Part shown: one piece after another, positions 9,249-20,093 of the stretch | How positions within the stretch are numbered: the first letter of the stretch is position 1 | Layout: the number at the start of each line of letters is the position of its first letter | Translations under genes and position numbers: made by a program | From: an uncultured Chloroflexia bacterium | Lineage (GTDB): Bacteria > Chloroflexota > Limnocylindria > Limnocylindrales > CSP1-4 | DNA length: 64,000 nt | Reading direction: 5' to 3' | Assembly (NCBI GenBank): GCA_963764975.1 | Contig: CAVXUF010000002.1 | Coordinates: forward strand, 1,114,331 to 1,178,330 | The notes under the pieces: model-generated | Seen by the model: only the letters and a program-made list of their open reading frames with translations | Database searches by the model: none | Told to the model about the DNA's origin: nothing

Positions 9249-9961
9249 ACGGAAGCCTCCATCTCCGACGTGGTCGACGTCGCTGCCGCCCGTCGAACCA
9301 GCACCAGCCCGAGCAACAGGCACCAGAGCAAGGTGCCCGGGATCGCGCCGATCGACATGACCCAGAGCGCGTCGGGGAGCGCGTCGGCTGCACCGAGCGG
9401 CCCAAGGATCAGGGCGATGATGCGGAACGCGGGGATCACGCCAAGCGCCGCAAGTGCGACGGGGATGGCCCGGGTCCGACCACCGACCAGGCTCACCCCG
9501 ACGGCCCACAGGCACAGCGCGAAGATCCCGCCCTGGGCGAACCCGTGGATCCCCACCATCTGAACGGCGGTGTAGGCCGCTTCGCCCCAGGCGGTATCGA
9601 GACTGTCGATGTAGAGGAGCAATTCGACGCTTGACCGCATCACGCCGTGGAGGAAGGACCCGACGGCCGACAGCAGGCCGAACGCCGTGACCGATCGAAC
9701 GACCAGCGGGCTCGAACGGCGAGCCAGCACGTCCGCCACGGCGAGCGTCCCGATGATCAGGGTCACGGCCATCACGAGGAGCGCGATCCCGGCCTGCGCC
9801 CAGATGATCGAGTGCTCGCGCAGGAACCGCAGGCTGACCGCCGGGCTGTCGGTGTCCTCGAAGCCGAGCCTTGGCGGCGCCAGCTCGAGCGCGAACCAGA
9901 TCATGCCCGCCACGGCGAAGACGATGATCGATACAGCCCCGATCACGTTGGTGGTTCGCAC
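9245..9961 (-). CDS. Polytopic membrane protein (possibly DUF4386-like), translationally coupled to cupin copy 2
   Basis: 238 aa with six or seven TM helices. Its stop overlaps the cupin ATG (ATGA). Confidence 0.6.
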   Translation of the reverse strand: MRTTNVIGAVSIIVFAVAGMIWFALELAPPRLGFEDTDSPAVSLRFLREHSIIWAQAGIALLVMAVTLIIGTLAVADVLARRSSPLVVRSVTAFGLLSAVGSFLHGVMRSSVELLLYIDSLDTAWGEAAYTAVQMVGIHGFAQGGIFALCLWAVGVSLVGGRTRAIPVALAALGVIPAFRIIALILGPLGAADALPDALWVMSIGAIPGTLLWCLLLGLVLVRRAAATSTTSEMEASV

Positions 9962-10299
9962 GTAGAGCCTCCAGCGACCTCGGCCGACGCGCGCATGGAA
10001 GGCTCGAGTCGGATCGTGGCTGCGATGAGTATCACGGAGCAGATGTCACGAGGAGTGCCGCCACGGCACGCTCGATCGCCGGTGTACGCTGCGTCTCGAT
10101 CAACACCGACGCAGCAGAGTGACGACCCGATGCCGAGCGATCGCACGCCGCGACGACGCCAACGCGCCGACGGATCCGGGAGTTTCCTGGGGAACCTCGG
10201 GATCGTGGAGACGGGGACGGGGATGCAGCACGGTCCATCCGCGATCCTGCTCGCCGTCGTCGGCGCGCTGGTCATCTACCCCTTCACGCGTTTCGTCCG

Positions 10300-11065
10300 G
10301 TGGCTCACGCGCCGGTGATCCCGGCGCGAACCTCGCCTTCGCCCTGGGTCATCGGGTCGGCGCTGCTATCCCTCGCGCTGCTCTCGATGCCCGCCCTGTT
10401 CGTGCTGGCGTTCCCGGACCAGGCGAGCGGGACGCGCGACCAGCTCGGCGTCGACTACCAGCTGTACATGGACGTCGCGCGGCGGTGGCTCGCGGGCGGC
10501 TCGTACTTCGAGCCGTACCAGCTCGCCGGTCCGTACGAGATCCGCGCGGGCGATGTCCTGTACCCGCCGGTCGCCCTGCTGTTCTTCGCCCCCTTCACCG
10601 TGCTGCCGGCGCTGGTCTACTGGGCCGTGCCGATCGCCGTGCTCGCGTGGAGTCGTGTGGCATTGGCGGCCACGCCCGGAGGTCTGGCCGCTCATCGCGT
10701 TCTGTGCCGCGTGGCCGACGACCGCCCTCAAGACGTGGACCGGCAATCCCGTCCTGTGGATCGCGGCGGCCTTGGCCATCGCCACCCTGTGGCGCGGCGC
10801 GGCGGTGCTCGTGTTGTTGAAGCCGAGCCTGTTGCCGTTCGCGCTGTTCGGGATCCGACAGCGCTCGTGGTGGGTTGCGCTGGTGGTGCTGGTCGTGGTG
10901 TCGATCCCGTTCGGTTCGCTCTGGGTGGACTGGCTGACCGCGCTCTCGAACTCGCGTGGCGGCGGGTGGCTGTACTCCGCGCTCGAGATCCCGTTCCTCG
11001 CCCTGCCGCTCGTCGCCTGGGCCGGGCGGACTCGGGGTCGCCCGGGGGCCGCGCAGGGCACATGA
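10300..11065 (+). pseudogene. DUF2029 / GT87-like membrane glycosyltransferase-family protein (one frameshift near 10670)
   Basis: DYQLYMDVARRWLAGGSYFEPY..VLYPPVALLFFAPF resembles DUF2029. The reading continues in the +1 frame (WPLIAFCAAWPTTALKTW...). Confidence 0.6.
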
Positions 11066-11350
11066 CCGTCCACTTGGGCTCGTTTCGCTCGATCGGCCTG
11101 GCCCGTCCGCTTGCGCCGGTCCGCAAGCCCCCCAGCCTTATCGAGCGGCCTTCGGTGTCGCATCGCGGCCCGGGACACTCCCAGACGACGCACAGCTGGT
11201 GGGTCTCACGCTCGACGGGAGCGCCCCACGCTCGTGCGGACACGTTGGCTGCCCTCCTGACCTCTCGGATGCGACCGATGTGACCTCGTTGACCGCCAGG
11301 TAAGGCTCACAGACTTGCGAGGAGGCGCATGGGTGTTCGCGCGGCTCCAA

Positions 11351-11426
11351 CCCGACGCACTGAACCCGACGCACTGAACCTGGCACTGAACTCGGCGCAG
11401 AACCTGGCGCTGAGCCCGGCACGCTC
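11351..11426 (+). repeat. Degenerate tandem repeat, six units of 12-14 nt (CCCGACGCACTGAA x2, CCTGGCACTGAA, CTCGGCGCAGAA, CCTGGCGCTGAG, CCCGGCACGCTC)
   Basis: Read directly. It ends 18 nt before the eda start codon. Confidence 0.85.
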
Positions 11427-11444
11427 GCCCGCTACCCTTGGCCG

Positions 11445-12104
11445 ATGACCGAACACCACGATCGTCCGCCGATCCCGGCTGGACTCACGACCGGCGGTGT
11501 CGTGGCGATCGCCCGACACCTCGACGCCACGACCGCTCCCCGCGTCGCCGAAGCTCTCGCCGCGGGCGGCGTCGGAGCCTTCGAGATCACGCTCAATGAG
11601 CCCCTTGCCATAGCTCTTCGCGCGATCGAAGCGGTGGCGGCCGCCGCGCCGGCCGGCCTCGCCATCGGCGCCGGCACCGTCCTGACCATCGAAGCCGCCA
11701 AGGCCGCCCTCGATGCCGGGGCGACGTTCCTCGTGATGCCCCATTCGGACCCGGAGCTCGTCGCCTGGGCCACGTCCCGTGGCGTCCCCACGTTCCCAGG
11801 CGCCATGACGCCGACCGAGATCCTCGCTGCCTGGCGCGCCGGCGCGTCGGCCGTGAAACTCTTCCCCGCGTCGGCGGTCGGCCCCAACCTCGTTCGCGAG
11901 ATGCGCGGGCCCTTCCCGGAGATCTCGCTGGTCCCCACGGGTGGCGTCACGGCGGACACCGCTGGGTCGTTCATCGCCGCCGGCGCACTCGCCGTGGGCC
12001 TCGGCAGCTGGCTGATCGGCGACGGGGTGCCGGCCGGCGTGACCGAGCGCGCGCGACGGGTCGTGGCCGCAGTCGCCGACGCCCGCTCGGGCACCGACCG
12101 ATGA
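11445..12104 (+). CDS. eda: KDPG / KHG aldolase (Eda family)
   Basis: VVAIAR...EITL...GAGTVL...GATFLVMP...PGAMTPTE...KLFPA...PTGGV is the typical Eda motif order. Confidence 0.85.
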   Translation: MTEHHDRPPIPAGLTTGGVVAIARHLDATTAPRVAEALAAGGVGAFEITLNEPLAIALRAIEAVAAAAPAGLAIGAGTVLTIEAAKAALDAGATFLVMPHSDPELVAWATSRGVPTFPGAMTPTEILAAWRAGASAVKLFPASAVGPNLVREMRGPFPEISLVPTGGVTADTAGSFIAAGALAVGLGSWLIGDGVPAGVTERARRVVAAVADARSGTDR

Positions 12105-13420
12105 CCGCCACGGACCCGGCCGCCCGCGACCCCGACGCCGCCGCTTCGCTCGCGGCCGCCCGCGCGCTGGACGCCGCCCGCGCGCTCGACGCCGCCGATC
12201 CCCTGACGCGCTATCGGGACCAATTCCTGCTCCCCGACGGCCCGGAAGGACCCGACGGCCCTCCGGCCGTCTATCTCGCCGGGCAGTCGCTCGGGCTCCA
12301 ATCGATCGGCGTCCGCGACGCCATCGGTGCCCAACTTGACGCGTGGGCCCACCTCGGGATCGAGGGTATGTTCACCGCTCCGCACGACTGGTTCACGCTC
12401 GACGACACGCTGCGTGCCGGCATGGGCCGGATCGTGGGGGCACGACCGGATGAGATCGCGATCCTCAACACGCTCACAGTGAACATCCAGCTGCTCCTCG
12501 CCTCGTTCTTCCGCCCGTCTGGCGCCCGTCGCCGGATCCTCGTCGACGGCCCGCTCTTCCCGTCCGATCGACACGCCCTCACGAGCCACCTCGCATGGCA
12601 CGGCCTCGATCCCGCCATGGACCTGGTCACCATCGACCCTCGAGCGGGCGAGGACTGCGTCCGGATCGATGATCTCGAGGTGGCGATCCGGGACCACGGC
12701 CCCACGCTCGCGCTCGTCTTCCTCGCGGGCGTCAACTTCGCCACGGGCCAGGTCCTGCCGATCGGCCGGCTCACCGCCGCGGCCCACGACGTCGGCGCCG
12801 TCGCCGGGTGGGATCTTGCGCACTCGGCCGGGAACGTCCCACTGGCCCTCCACGACGACGGCGTCGATTTCGCCGCCTGGTGCACGTACAAGTACCTCAA
12901 CAGCGGACCGGGCGGACCGGGCGCGATCTTCGTCCACGAGCGCCAGAGCGCGCGCGACGACGTTCCTCGACTCACCGGCTGGTGGGGCGCGCGTCCCGAC
13001 CACCGCTTCGACCCCGACGGCCCGTTCGTCTCGGCTCCGGGCGCGTCGGCCTGGAAGGCTTCGACCAACCCCGTCCTCTCCCTGACGCCCCTCGCGGTCT
13101 CGCTCGCGATCTTCGACGAGGTCGGGATGCCGGCCCTTCGCGAGCGTTCGATCCGCCTCACCGGCGACCTGGCGGGGCGCCTCGCCAGCCTCGGTGTCGA
13201 GGTGCTCACACCGCCGGAGCCCGACCAGCGCGGCTGTCAACTGTCGATGCGCTTTGCGAACGCGCCGGCCGTCCTCGACGCCCTTGCAGCACGCGGGATC
13301 GTCGCCGACTACCGGAGCCCGGACATCATCCGGGTGGCCCCGATCCCGCTCTACAACACGTTCGGAGACAACCAGCGCCTTGAGGCCGCCCTGGCCGAAG
13401 TGATGACCGCTCGCGGCTAG
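12101..13420 (+). CDS. kynU: Kynureninase
   Basis: YLAGQSLGLQ, DFAAWCTYKYLNSGPGGPGAIFVHE (PLP-lysine region) and RVAPIPLYNTF. 439 aa. ATGA overlap with eda. Confidence 0.9.
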   Translation: MTATDPAARDPDAAASLAAARALDAARALDAADPLTRYRDQFLLPDGPEGPDGPPAVYLAGQSLGLQSIGVRDAIGAQLDAWAHLGIEGMFTAPHDWFTLDDTLRAGMGRIVGARPDEIAILNTLTVNIQLLLASFFRPSGARRRILVDGPLFPSDRHALTSHLAWHGLDPAMDLVTIDPRAGEDCVRIDDLEVAIRDHGPTLALVFLAGVNFATGQVLPIGRLTAAAHDVGAVAGWDLAHSAGNVPLALHDDGVDFAAWCTYKYLNSGPGGPGAIFVHERQSARDDVPRLTGWWGARPDHRFDPDGPFVSAPGASAWKASTNPVLSLTPLAVSLAIFDEVGMPALRERSIRLTGDLAGRLASLGVEVLTPPEPDQRGCQLSMRFANAPAVLDALAARGIVADYRSPDIIRVAPIPLYNTFGDNQRLEAALAEVMTARG

Positions 13421-13502
13421 CCGCCACAGGCGCTTGACGCCACCCGTCCCGGAAGTGGGGCATCCTTAGGTTCGCCAGCCATGCACCGGAGACGATCGAA
13501 GC

Positions 13503-16328
13503 TTGCAGACCGCGCATCCCGACCGCCCACGCCGCCGCCAACCACCGCCATCCAACGGAGGCGCGTCGTCCGGTGGCTACATCGGGGTCATCCTCGTCCT
13601 GTTCTTCGCCGGCGTCGGGGCTATCGCGTCGATCGCGCTCGTGGGCGCCTACACGTCGCTCGCGAGCGACCTGCCCCCCACGAGCGAGCTGACCAAGTTC
13701 GTCCTCTCCGAGGAATCGATCATCTACGACCGCACCGGCGAGACCGAACTCGCGCGGTTCGGGGACGCCAAGCGCGAGGTCGTGACGTTCGAGGAGATCC
13801 CGCCGATCATCCTTGATGCCACGACGGCGATCGAAGACAAGACCTTCTGGGAGAACGCCGGCTTCGATCCGGTGGCGATCGTGGCGGCGGCGCTCGATTC
13901 CCTGCGCGGCAACAGCCGCGGTGCGTCCACGATCACCCAGCAACTGGTGCGGGCGCGGCTGCTCGACCCGGAGTTGGTCCAGGACCCGTCACGGACCGCG
14001 GAACGGAAGCTCAAGGAAATCATCCAGTCCATCCGCGTGACCCAGGCGTACCCGGGCGACCCCGGCAAGCGCGAGATCATCACCGCCTACCTCAACCAGA
14101 ACTACTACGGCAACCAGAGCTACGGCGTGAAGTCGGCCTACGAGGGCTACTTCGGCAAGCCGTTCCTCGCGGAGAACATCACCCCGGCCGAGGCCGCGAT
14201 CATCGCCGGGCTGCCCAAGTCACCGTCGAACTACGACCTGGTTCGCAACGCCATCGAGGAGTGCGATGTCGTGCTGGACGAGGGCCAGGTCTGCCCGAAC
14301 CCCGTCCTGGTCGTCCCCGAGGACACGACCGTGGTCCAGCGCCGAAACGACATCCTGGACCTGATGGCCGAGGGCGGCCGGACGCCGATCTCCGAGGATC
14401 TGTACTCCCCATCCGACTTCGAAGCCGCGAAGCTCGACGAGGTGTTGCTGGCCGGCCAGACCGCGACGCGATGGCTGGCGCCCCACTTCGTGTGGGCGGT
14501 GCGCGACGAGCTGACGGAGAAACTGTGCGGCCCCGACGCCGAGTCGTGCGACGCGCTCGAACGCGGGGGTCTGCGGATCACCACGACGGTCGATCTGCGG
14601 CTCCAGGCCATCGCCGAACGGTGGGTGGAAGCCGCCGCCATCGTGCCGCACCGCAAGAACCCGGTCGCGGCAGCCCGGGCGCTCGGGTTCGAGGAGTACC
14701 CCGCGTGGCTGGCGAACCTCGAGAACAAGAACCTCCGAAACGGGGCGCTCGTGGCGCTCGACTACCAGACCGGCGAGCTGGTGGCGTACGTCGGCTCCGC
14801 GAAGTACTACGCGACGAATAGCAGCAAGCGGTTCCAGCCGCAATACGACGTCGTCGGCCAGGGCTTCCGCCAGCCTGGATCGGCGTTCAAGCCGTTCAAC
14901 TACGCCATCGGCATCGAAGACCAGAAACTGACCGCCGGCACGATGCTCATGGACGCGGCGACGGACTTCAGCGGCTACACGCCCAACAACGCGGACAACC
15001 TCGAGCGCGGGCCGGTCCGTGTGCGCAGCGCGCTCCAGTTCTCGCTCAACATCCCCTCGGTCAAGGCGGCCGCGATCAACGGCGTCGATCACATCTTCGA
15101 TCGGGCCAAGGACTTCGGGATGACGTTCCAGAGCGAGCGCTCCGACGCGGGCCTCGCGCTCGCGCTCGGCGTCCAGGAGGACGCGACCCGTGGACCTCGT
15201 CACGGCCTATGGGACCCTGGCCAACGGCGGGCAGCGGGTCGACCACACGACGATCCTCACCGTGCAGGACCGGAACGGCAACGATGTCGTGCCGCCGCAC
15301 AAGGTGGTCCCGGTGCCGGTGGTCAGCCCGCAGACGGCGTTCATCGTCACGGACATCCTGGCGGGCAACACGAACTCGCAACATCAACCCGTTCTGGGGC
15401 CGGTTCGCCATCCAGGGCCCCGACGGCCGCCGGTCGGCCACGCTCAAGACCGGGACCAACAACGACGCGAAGGACCTCAACGCCTACGGGTATATCGCCC
15501 CACCGACCGAGGACGGCCGGGCCGACGGGGCGTATGCGCTGGCGGTGGGCGTTTGGAACGGCAACAGCGACAACAGCCCGGTCTCCACCGCCGCGCGACC
15601 GGTCTTCTCGATCGACGTCTCCACCTACGTGTGGCAGGGGTTCCTCCAGGAGGCGAGCCAGGACTGGCCGCTGACCCGGTTCGAGCGTCCCGCCGACGGG
15701 CTCACGCGCGTCCGGATCGACCCGTTCACCGGGATGCGCGCGGCCGACGGGGCCGAATCGGTCAACGAGTGGTTCATCCCGGGCACCGAGCCCCGCGATC
15801 AGCTGGCGGCCGACGCCTGCGGCGAGGACGTGCTGACCGCATTCAGTGCCCCGCGCGCCTACGAGAACCAGTTCTCGGCGTGGATGGCCGCGGACCGGGA
15901 CTGGTTGCGCCGCGCCGGCCGTGGTACCGGGCGTCGCCGGCGGCCCGGACCGGACGCGCACGTCGTACTTCTACAACGGCGGGTTCCGGCCGTACGGGTC
16001 GTCCTGGGGGGCGCTCGTGACCGAAGGATGCGGAGAGCCGAGCCCGTCACCGTCGTGCATCCCGCTCCCGACGCCGGACGCGAGTGGCGTCATCCCGTCG
16101 CTCGTGATCCCCTCGCCAAGCGGCTCGGAGGTGGTGGCCTTGCCGTGCGAGCCGCCGTCCCCATCCCCATCGGCGTCCGAGTCCGAGACACCGCCACCCA
16201 CCGACACGCCACCCCCGACGCCGACGCCGACGCCCACACCGACCCCGACACCCACACCGACGCCGACGCCCACCCCGACCCCGACACCCACGCCCACGCC
16301 CACACCGACACCGACACCCACGCCCTGA
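13503..16328 (+). pseudogene. Class A penicillin-binding protein (transglycosylase/transpeptidase), three +1 frameshifts as sequenced, with a (Thr-Pro)n tail
   Basis: GT51 motifs EDKTFWENAGFD and RGASTITQQL. Transpeptidase motifs SAFKP and KTGTNND. Frames switch near 15185, 15390 and 15935. Confidence 0.85.
16218..16325 (+). repeat. About 18 consecutive Thr-Pro codon pairs (ACN CCN) forming the C-terminal tail of the PBP
   Basis: Read directly. In frame with the last PBP segment; stop at 16326-16328. Confidence 0.9.
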
Positions 16329-16330
16329 CG

Positions 16331-17144
16331 ATGATCGTCGACCTGGCGGGGGTCACGGTCCGGCGCGGCGGTCGCACGATCCTCGGGCCGGTCGACTGGC
16401 AGGTGCGTTCGGGCGAGCGGTGGGTCGTCCTCGGACCCAACGGGTCAGGCAAGACCACGCTCCTCTCCGTGGCCGGACTCGACGCTCTGGCCGACGAGCG
16501 GGTCGGTGGCCGTCCTCGGGGAGCGGTATGGACGCGTGGATGTCCGCGACGTACGCCGCCGCATCGGGTTCGCGGGGAGTGCCGTCGAGGGCGTCTTCCG
16601 TGACGACCTCGCACCGGTGGATCTCGTCATGACCGCTCGGCACGCGGCCACCGAACCCTGGTGGCACGAGTACGGCGACGGAGGATCGCGATCGGGCGCG
16701 GGCCGTCATCGAGCGGCTCGGGATGAGCGCGGTGGCGGATCAGCCGTTCGGCACCCTGTCCGCCGGGGAGCGGCGGCGCGTCTCGATCGCGCGCGCCCTC
16801 ATGCCGGATCCGGACCTGCTGCTGCTCGACGAACCTGCGGCGGCCTGGACCTCGCCGCGCGCGAGACGCTCCTGGCCGATCTGACCCGACTGGCGGCGGA
16901 GCCGCGTCCTGCCGCGATGATCCTGGTCTCGCACCACGTCGAGGAGATCCCGCCGGGGTTCGAGCACGCCTTGGTACTCGCGGCCGGCGCCGTCGTGGCC
17001 GCCGGACCGATCGAGGACGTGATGAGCAGCGAGGTCCTGTCTGCGGCCTTCGGGATGCCATTGAAGGTGGAGCGTCGGGATGGGCGAGCCTGGGCGCGAC
17101 TTGACACGCCACTGTCACACGGGGCGCGCACGATCCCCTCGTGA
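16331..17144 (+). pseudogene. ABC transporter ATP-binding protein (about 3 frameshifts as sequenced)
   Basis: Walker A GPNGSGKTTLL, signature LSAGERRRV, Walker B LLLLDEP and H-loop VSHH are spread over three frames. Confidence 0.75.
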
Positions 17145-18691
17145 ACAAGCCACTTCGATCCGGGATCGCCGGCGCCATCGCGACGGGGGTCGCCCTCGGC
17201 GCCTCGGAACTCATCGCCGGCGTCCTCCGCGGCGCCACGTCGCTCGTCGCCGCCGTCGGCCAGTTCGTCATCGATCACCAGCCGCCCGGTGCCAAGGACG
17301 TCGTCGTGGCGCTGTTCGGCACCAACGACAAGCTCGCGCTCGAGCTGTTCGTGGTCATCGTCGCGCTGGCCATCGGCGCCGGCCTCGGGGTCGTCGCGTT
17401 GCGGCGGCCGTGGCTCACGATGGGCGCATTCGTCGCGTTCGGGATCGTCGGATTCCTCGCGGCGTTGGGCGATCCGGACGGCACGGAACCGGCGATCGCC
17501 GCCGCCGCGACGGCCGTCGCCGTCGGGAGTGGCCTGTGGATCCTGGAGCGACTGTTACCGCGCGAGACGATGGCGTCGGCCGAACGAGAGACCGGACCGT
17601 CCGGGTCGATGCCCGACTGGGATCGACGCTCGTTCCTGGTTCGCGCCGGATCGTACGGAGCGGCCGCGATCGTGGCCGGGGTGGCCGGTCGAACCCTCCT
17701 CGACCGCCAGCGATCGGCCCCGAGCTTCGGCGGGACCCCGCTCCCGCCGCCGTCCGATACGGTCGCGGACCTTCCGCCCGGCGCGGACATGTCACCCACG
17801 ATCGAAGGATTGACCCCGCTCGTCATGCCCAACGACCGGTTCTACCGGATCGACACATCGCTCCTGCCGCCCGTCATCGACGTCGACACGTGGACGCTCA
17901 AGGTGCACGGCATGGTCGAACGCGAGACGACGCTCACGTTCGCGGAGCTCGTCGGGCTGCCGATGTTCGAGCAGTACGTGACGATCGCCTGCGTCAGCAA
18001 CGAGGTCGGCGGCAACCTCGTCGGCAACGCCAAGTGGACCGGCGTCCGGCTGCGCGAGGTCCTCGAGCTCGCCGGTGTGCAACCCGGCCGCGACGCAACT
18101 GGTCGGCCGGTCCGTCGACGGCTGGACCGCCGGCATGCCGACGGCGTGGGTCATGGATCCGTCCCGCGAACCGATGATCGCGCTCAAGATGAACGACGAG
18201 CCACTGCCGGTCATCCACGGCTTCCCGGCCCGGCTCATCATCCCCGGGCTCTACGGCTACGTGTCGGCGACCAAGTGGCTGTCGGACCTCGAGCTGACCA
18301 CGATGGAGGCCTTCGACGGCTACTGGGTCCCGCTCGGCTGGGCCAAGGAGGCGCCGATCCTCACGCAGTCGCGCATCGACGCGCCGGCTCGTGGCAAGAC
18401 GATCGCGAGCGGCCGCGTTCGGATCGCGGGCATCGCCTGGGCACCGGACCGCGGCGTGTCGCGGGTCGAGGTCGCGGTCGACGGTGACTGGCGCGACGCG
18501 ACCGCTGTCGGCGCCGATCTCCGATACGACGTGGGTCCAGTGGGTCCGCGACTGGGACGCGACTCCCGGCGAGCACCAGATCATGGTCCGGGCCACCGAC
18601 GGCAACGGCGTCGTCCAGACCGAGGAACGGACGCCGGCCGGCACCCGACGGCGCGCGCGGCTGGCACACCATCCCGGTCAAGGTCGCCTGA
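17141..18691 (+). pseudogene. Membrane-anchored molybdopterin-dependent (sulfite-oxidase-family) oxidoreductase (3 frameshifts as sequenced)
   Basis: N-terminal TM helices, then FYRID, TIACVSNEVGG, HGFPARLIIPGLYGYVSATKWL and an Ig-like C-terminal domain. All shifts are +1. Confidence 0.8.
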
Positions 18692-18726
18692 CCGCTCGGA
18701 CCGGTCATTCGGTATAGAGTCCGGGC

Positions 18727-19290
18727 ATGACCCGACGACGCTATATCTTCGATCCGCCGGACCGCTTCGTGGCTGGGACGGTCGGTGAGCCGGGCAGCCG
18801 GACGTTCTTCCTCCAGGCCCGCGAGGGGGCGCGGCTCGTCAGTGTCGCGCTCGAGAAGGTCCAGGTGGCCGTGCTCGCCGAGCGTCTCACGGACCTCCTG
18901 TCGGAGCTCGACCGTCGCGGGATCGCCGCGGCGGCCGCGAGCCCGGTGGAGCCCGACTCGGATGTCGCGCCGCTGGACGAACCGCTGAAGGAGGCGTTCC
19001 GCGCTGGCACGCTGACCCTCGGCTGGGACACCGTTGACGAGCGAGTCCTCCTCGAGGCGCGCGCGCTCGACGAGGACGGCGAGGCGGTCGACCCAGACGA
19101 TGACGACGACGAGGACGAGGACGGCCCGGACCTGCTGCGGGTGCGGATCACCGCCGCGGCCGCGCAGACGTTCGTCGCTCGGGCCGCGCGGATCGTGGCC
19201 GCCGGCCGCCTGCCCTGCCCGCTGTGCGGGACGCCGCTCGACCCGCGGGGCCACATCTGCCCTCGGCGCAACGGCCACTACGTCAACTAG
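18727..19290 (+). CDS. DUF3090-family protein
   Basis: FVAGTVGEPGSRTFFLQA, an acidic linker and C-terminal CPLCGTPLDPRGHICPRRNGH are typical of DUF3090. Confidence 0.75.
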   Translation: MTRRRYIFDPPDRFVAGTVGEPGSRTFFLQAREGARLVSVALEKVQVAVLAERLTDLLSELDRRGIAAAAASPVEPDSDVAPLDEPLKEAFRAGTLTLGWDTVDERVLLEARALDEDGEAVDPDDDDDEDEDGPDLLRVRITAAAAQTFVARAARIVAAGRLPCPLCGTPLDPRGHICPRRNGHYVN

Positions 19291-19302
19291 GGCCTCGACG
19301 GC

Positions 19303-20048
19303 GTGATCGACCCCGCCGCGACGCTGGCCGCCCTTGCGGAGGGCGAGATCGAGGTCGTCGGACGCATCGTCGGCCTCGTCGAACAACGCGCTGTTCGTGC
19401 GCGTGACCCGGATCTGCCCGGACCCGGAGCCACCGATGGTGCTCGATGCCATCTACAAGCCGACCATCGGCGAGCGACCGCTCGACGACTTCCCCGACGG
19501 GACGCTTGGCGCGACGCGAGGTGGCCGCGTGGCACGTCTCGGAGGCCAGCGGCTGGGGGATCGTCCCGCCGACCGTCCTGCGCGACGGACCGTTCGGCGA
19601 GGGGATGGTCCAGGCGTACGTGGAGGCCGATCCGGACGTCGACGTCGATCGCGATGGTGGTGGGCGACGACGAGCGACTCCGGCGGATGGCCGTGCTGGA
19701 TGCCGCGATGAACAACACGGATCGCAAGGGCGGCCACATCCTCCCGGTCGATGGCGGCCGGCACTGTCTACGGCGTGGACCACGGCGTGTGCTTCTCGAC
19801 CGTGCCGAAGCTCCGGACCGTGCTCTGGGGCTGGCGGGGTCAGCCGTTCGAGACCGGACGAGGTCGACGGGCTCGAGCGGATCCGGGACGGCCTGGCGGC
19901 AGGTGGCGAGCTCGCCGCGCGGCTGCGGGAGCTCCTTGCGACGGCCGAGGTCCGGGCCACGCGTCGACGGGTGGATGCCCTGCTCGAGACCAGCCGGTTC
20001 CCGTTCCCGTCTCCGACGTGGCCGGCGGTCCCGTGGCCTCCGTACTGA
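19303..20048 (+). pseudogene. SCO1664-family (PI3/4-kinase-like) protein (5 frameshifts as sequenced)
   Basis: YKPTIGERPLDDFP, REVAAWHVSEASGW, NNTDRKGGHIL and YGVDHGVCF are spread over three frames in cyclic +1 order. This family is the usual partner of DUF3090. Confidence 0.7.
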
Positions 20049-20093
20049 CCGCCGTGCAGCGGGGCGGTCCGTAGCGCACGATGAGCGCCGGAG

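Noticed and set aside
10223-10318. A 31-aa hydrophobic mini-ORF (MQHGPSAILLAVVGALVIYPFTRFVRWLTRR) just upstream of, and overlapping, the GT87-like gene.
   Set aside because: It is plausible as a small membrane peptide, but it is too short to distinguish from chance. It overlaps the presumed start of the next gene and has no visible ribosome-binding site.
11432-13240. Very long antisense or alternate-frame ORFs. Examples: 11432-13240(-), 8196-9515(-), 19283-21268(-), 21226-23469(+), 31845-33395(-), 34839-35930(-), 41901-43886(+), 43670-44833(-), 53361-55259(-) and 61245-62372(-).
   Set aside because: They overlap genes with clear family motifs on the other strand or frame. They are Arg/Pro/Gly/Ala-rich, as expected from stop-codon scarcity at 70% GC, and contain no recognisable motifs.
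16218-16325. Possible CRISPR or other non-coding array (also considered for 59218-59340, 57721-57848 and 11351-11426).
   Set aside because: Units are 6, 21, 70 and 12-14 nt with no unique spacers of CRISPR size. The first two are in frame inside recognisable proteins. No cas genes are present.
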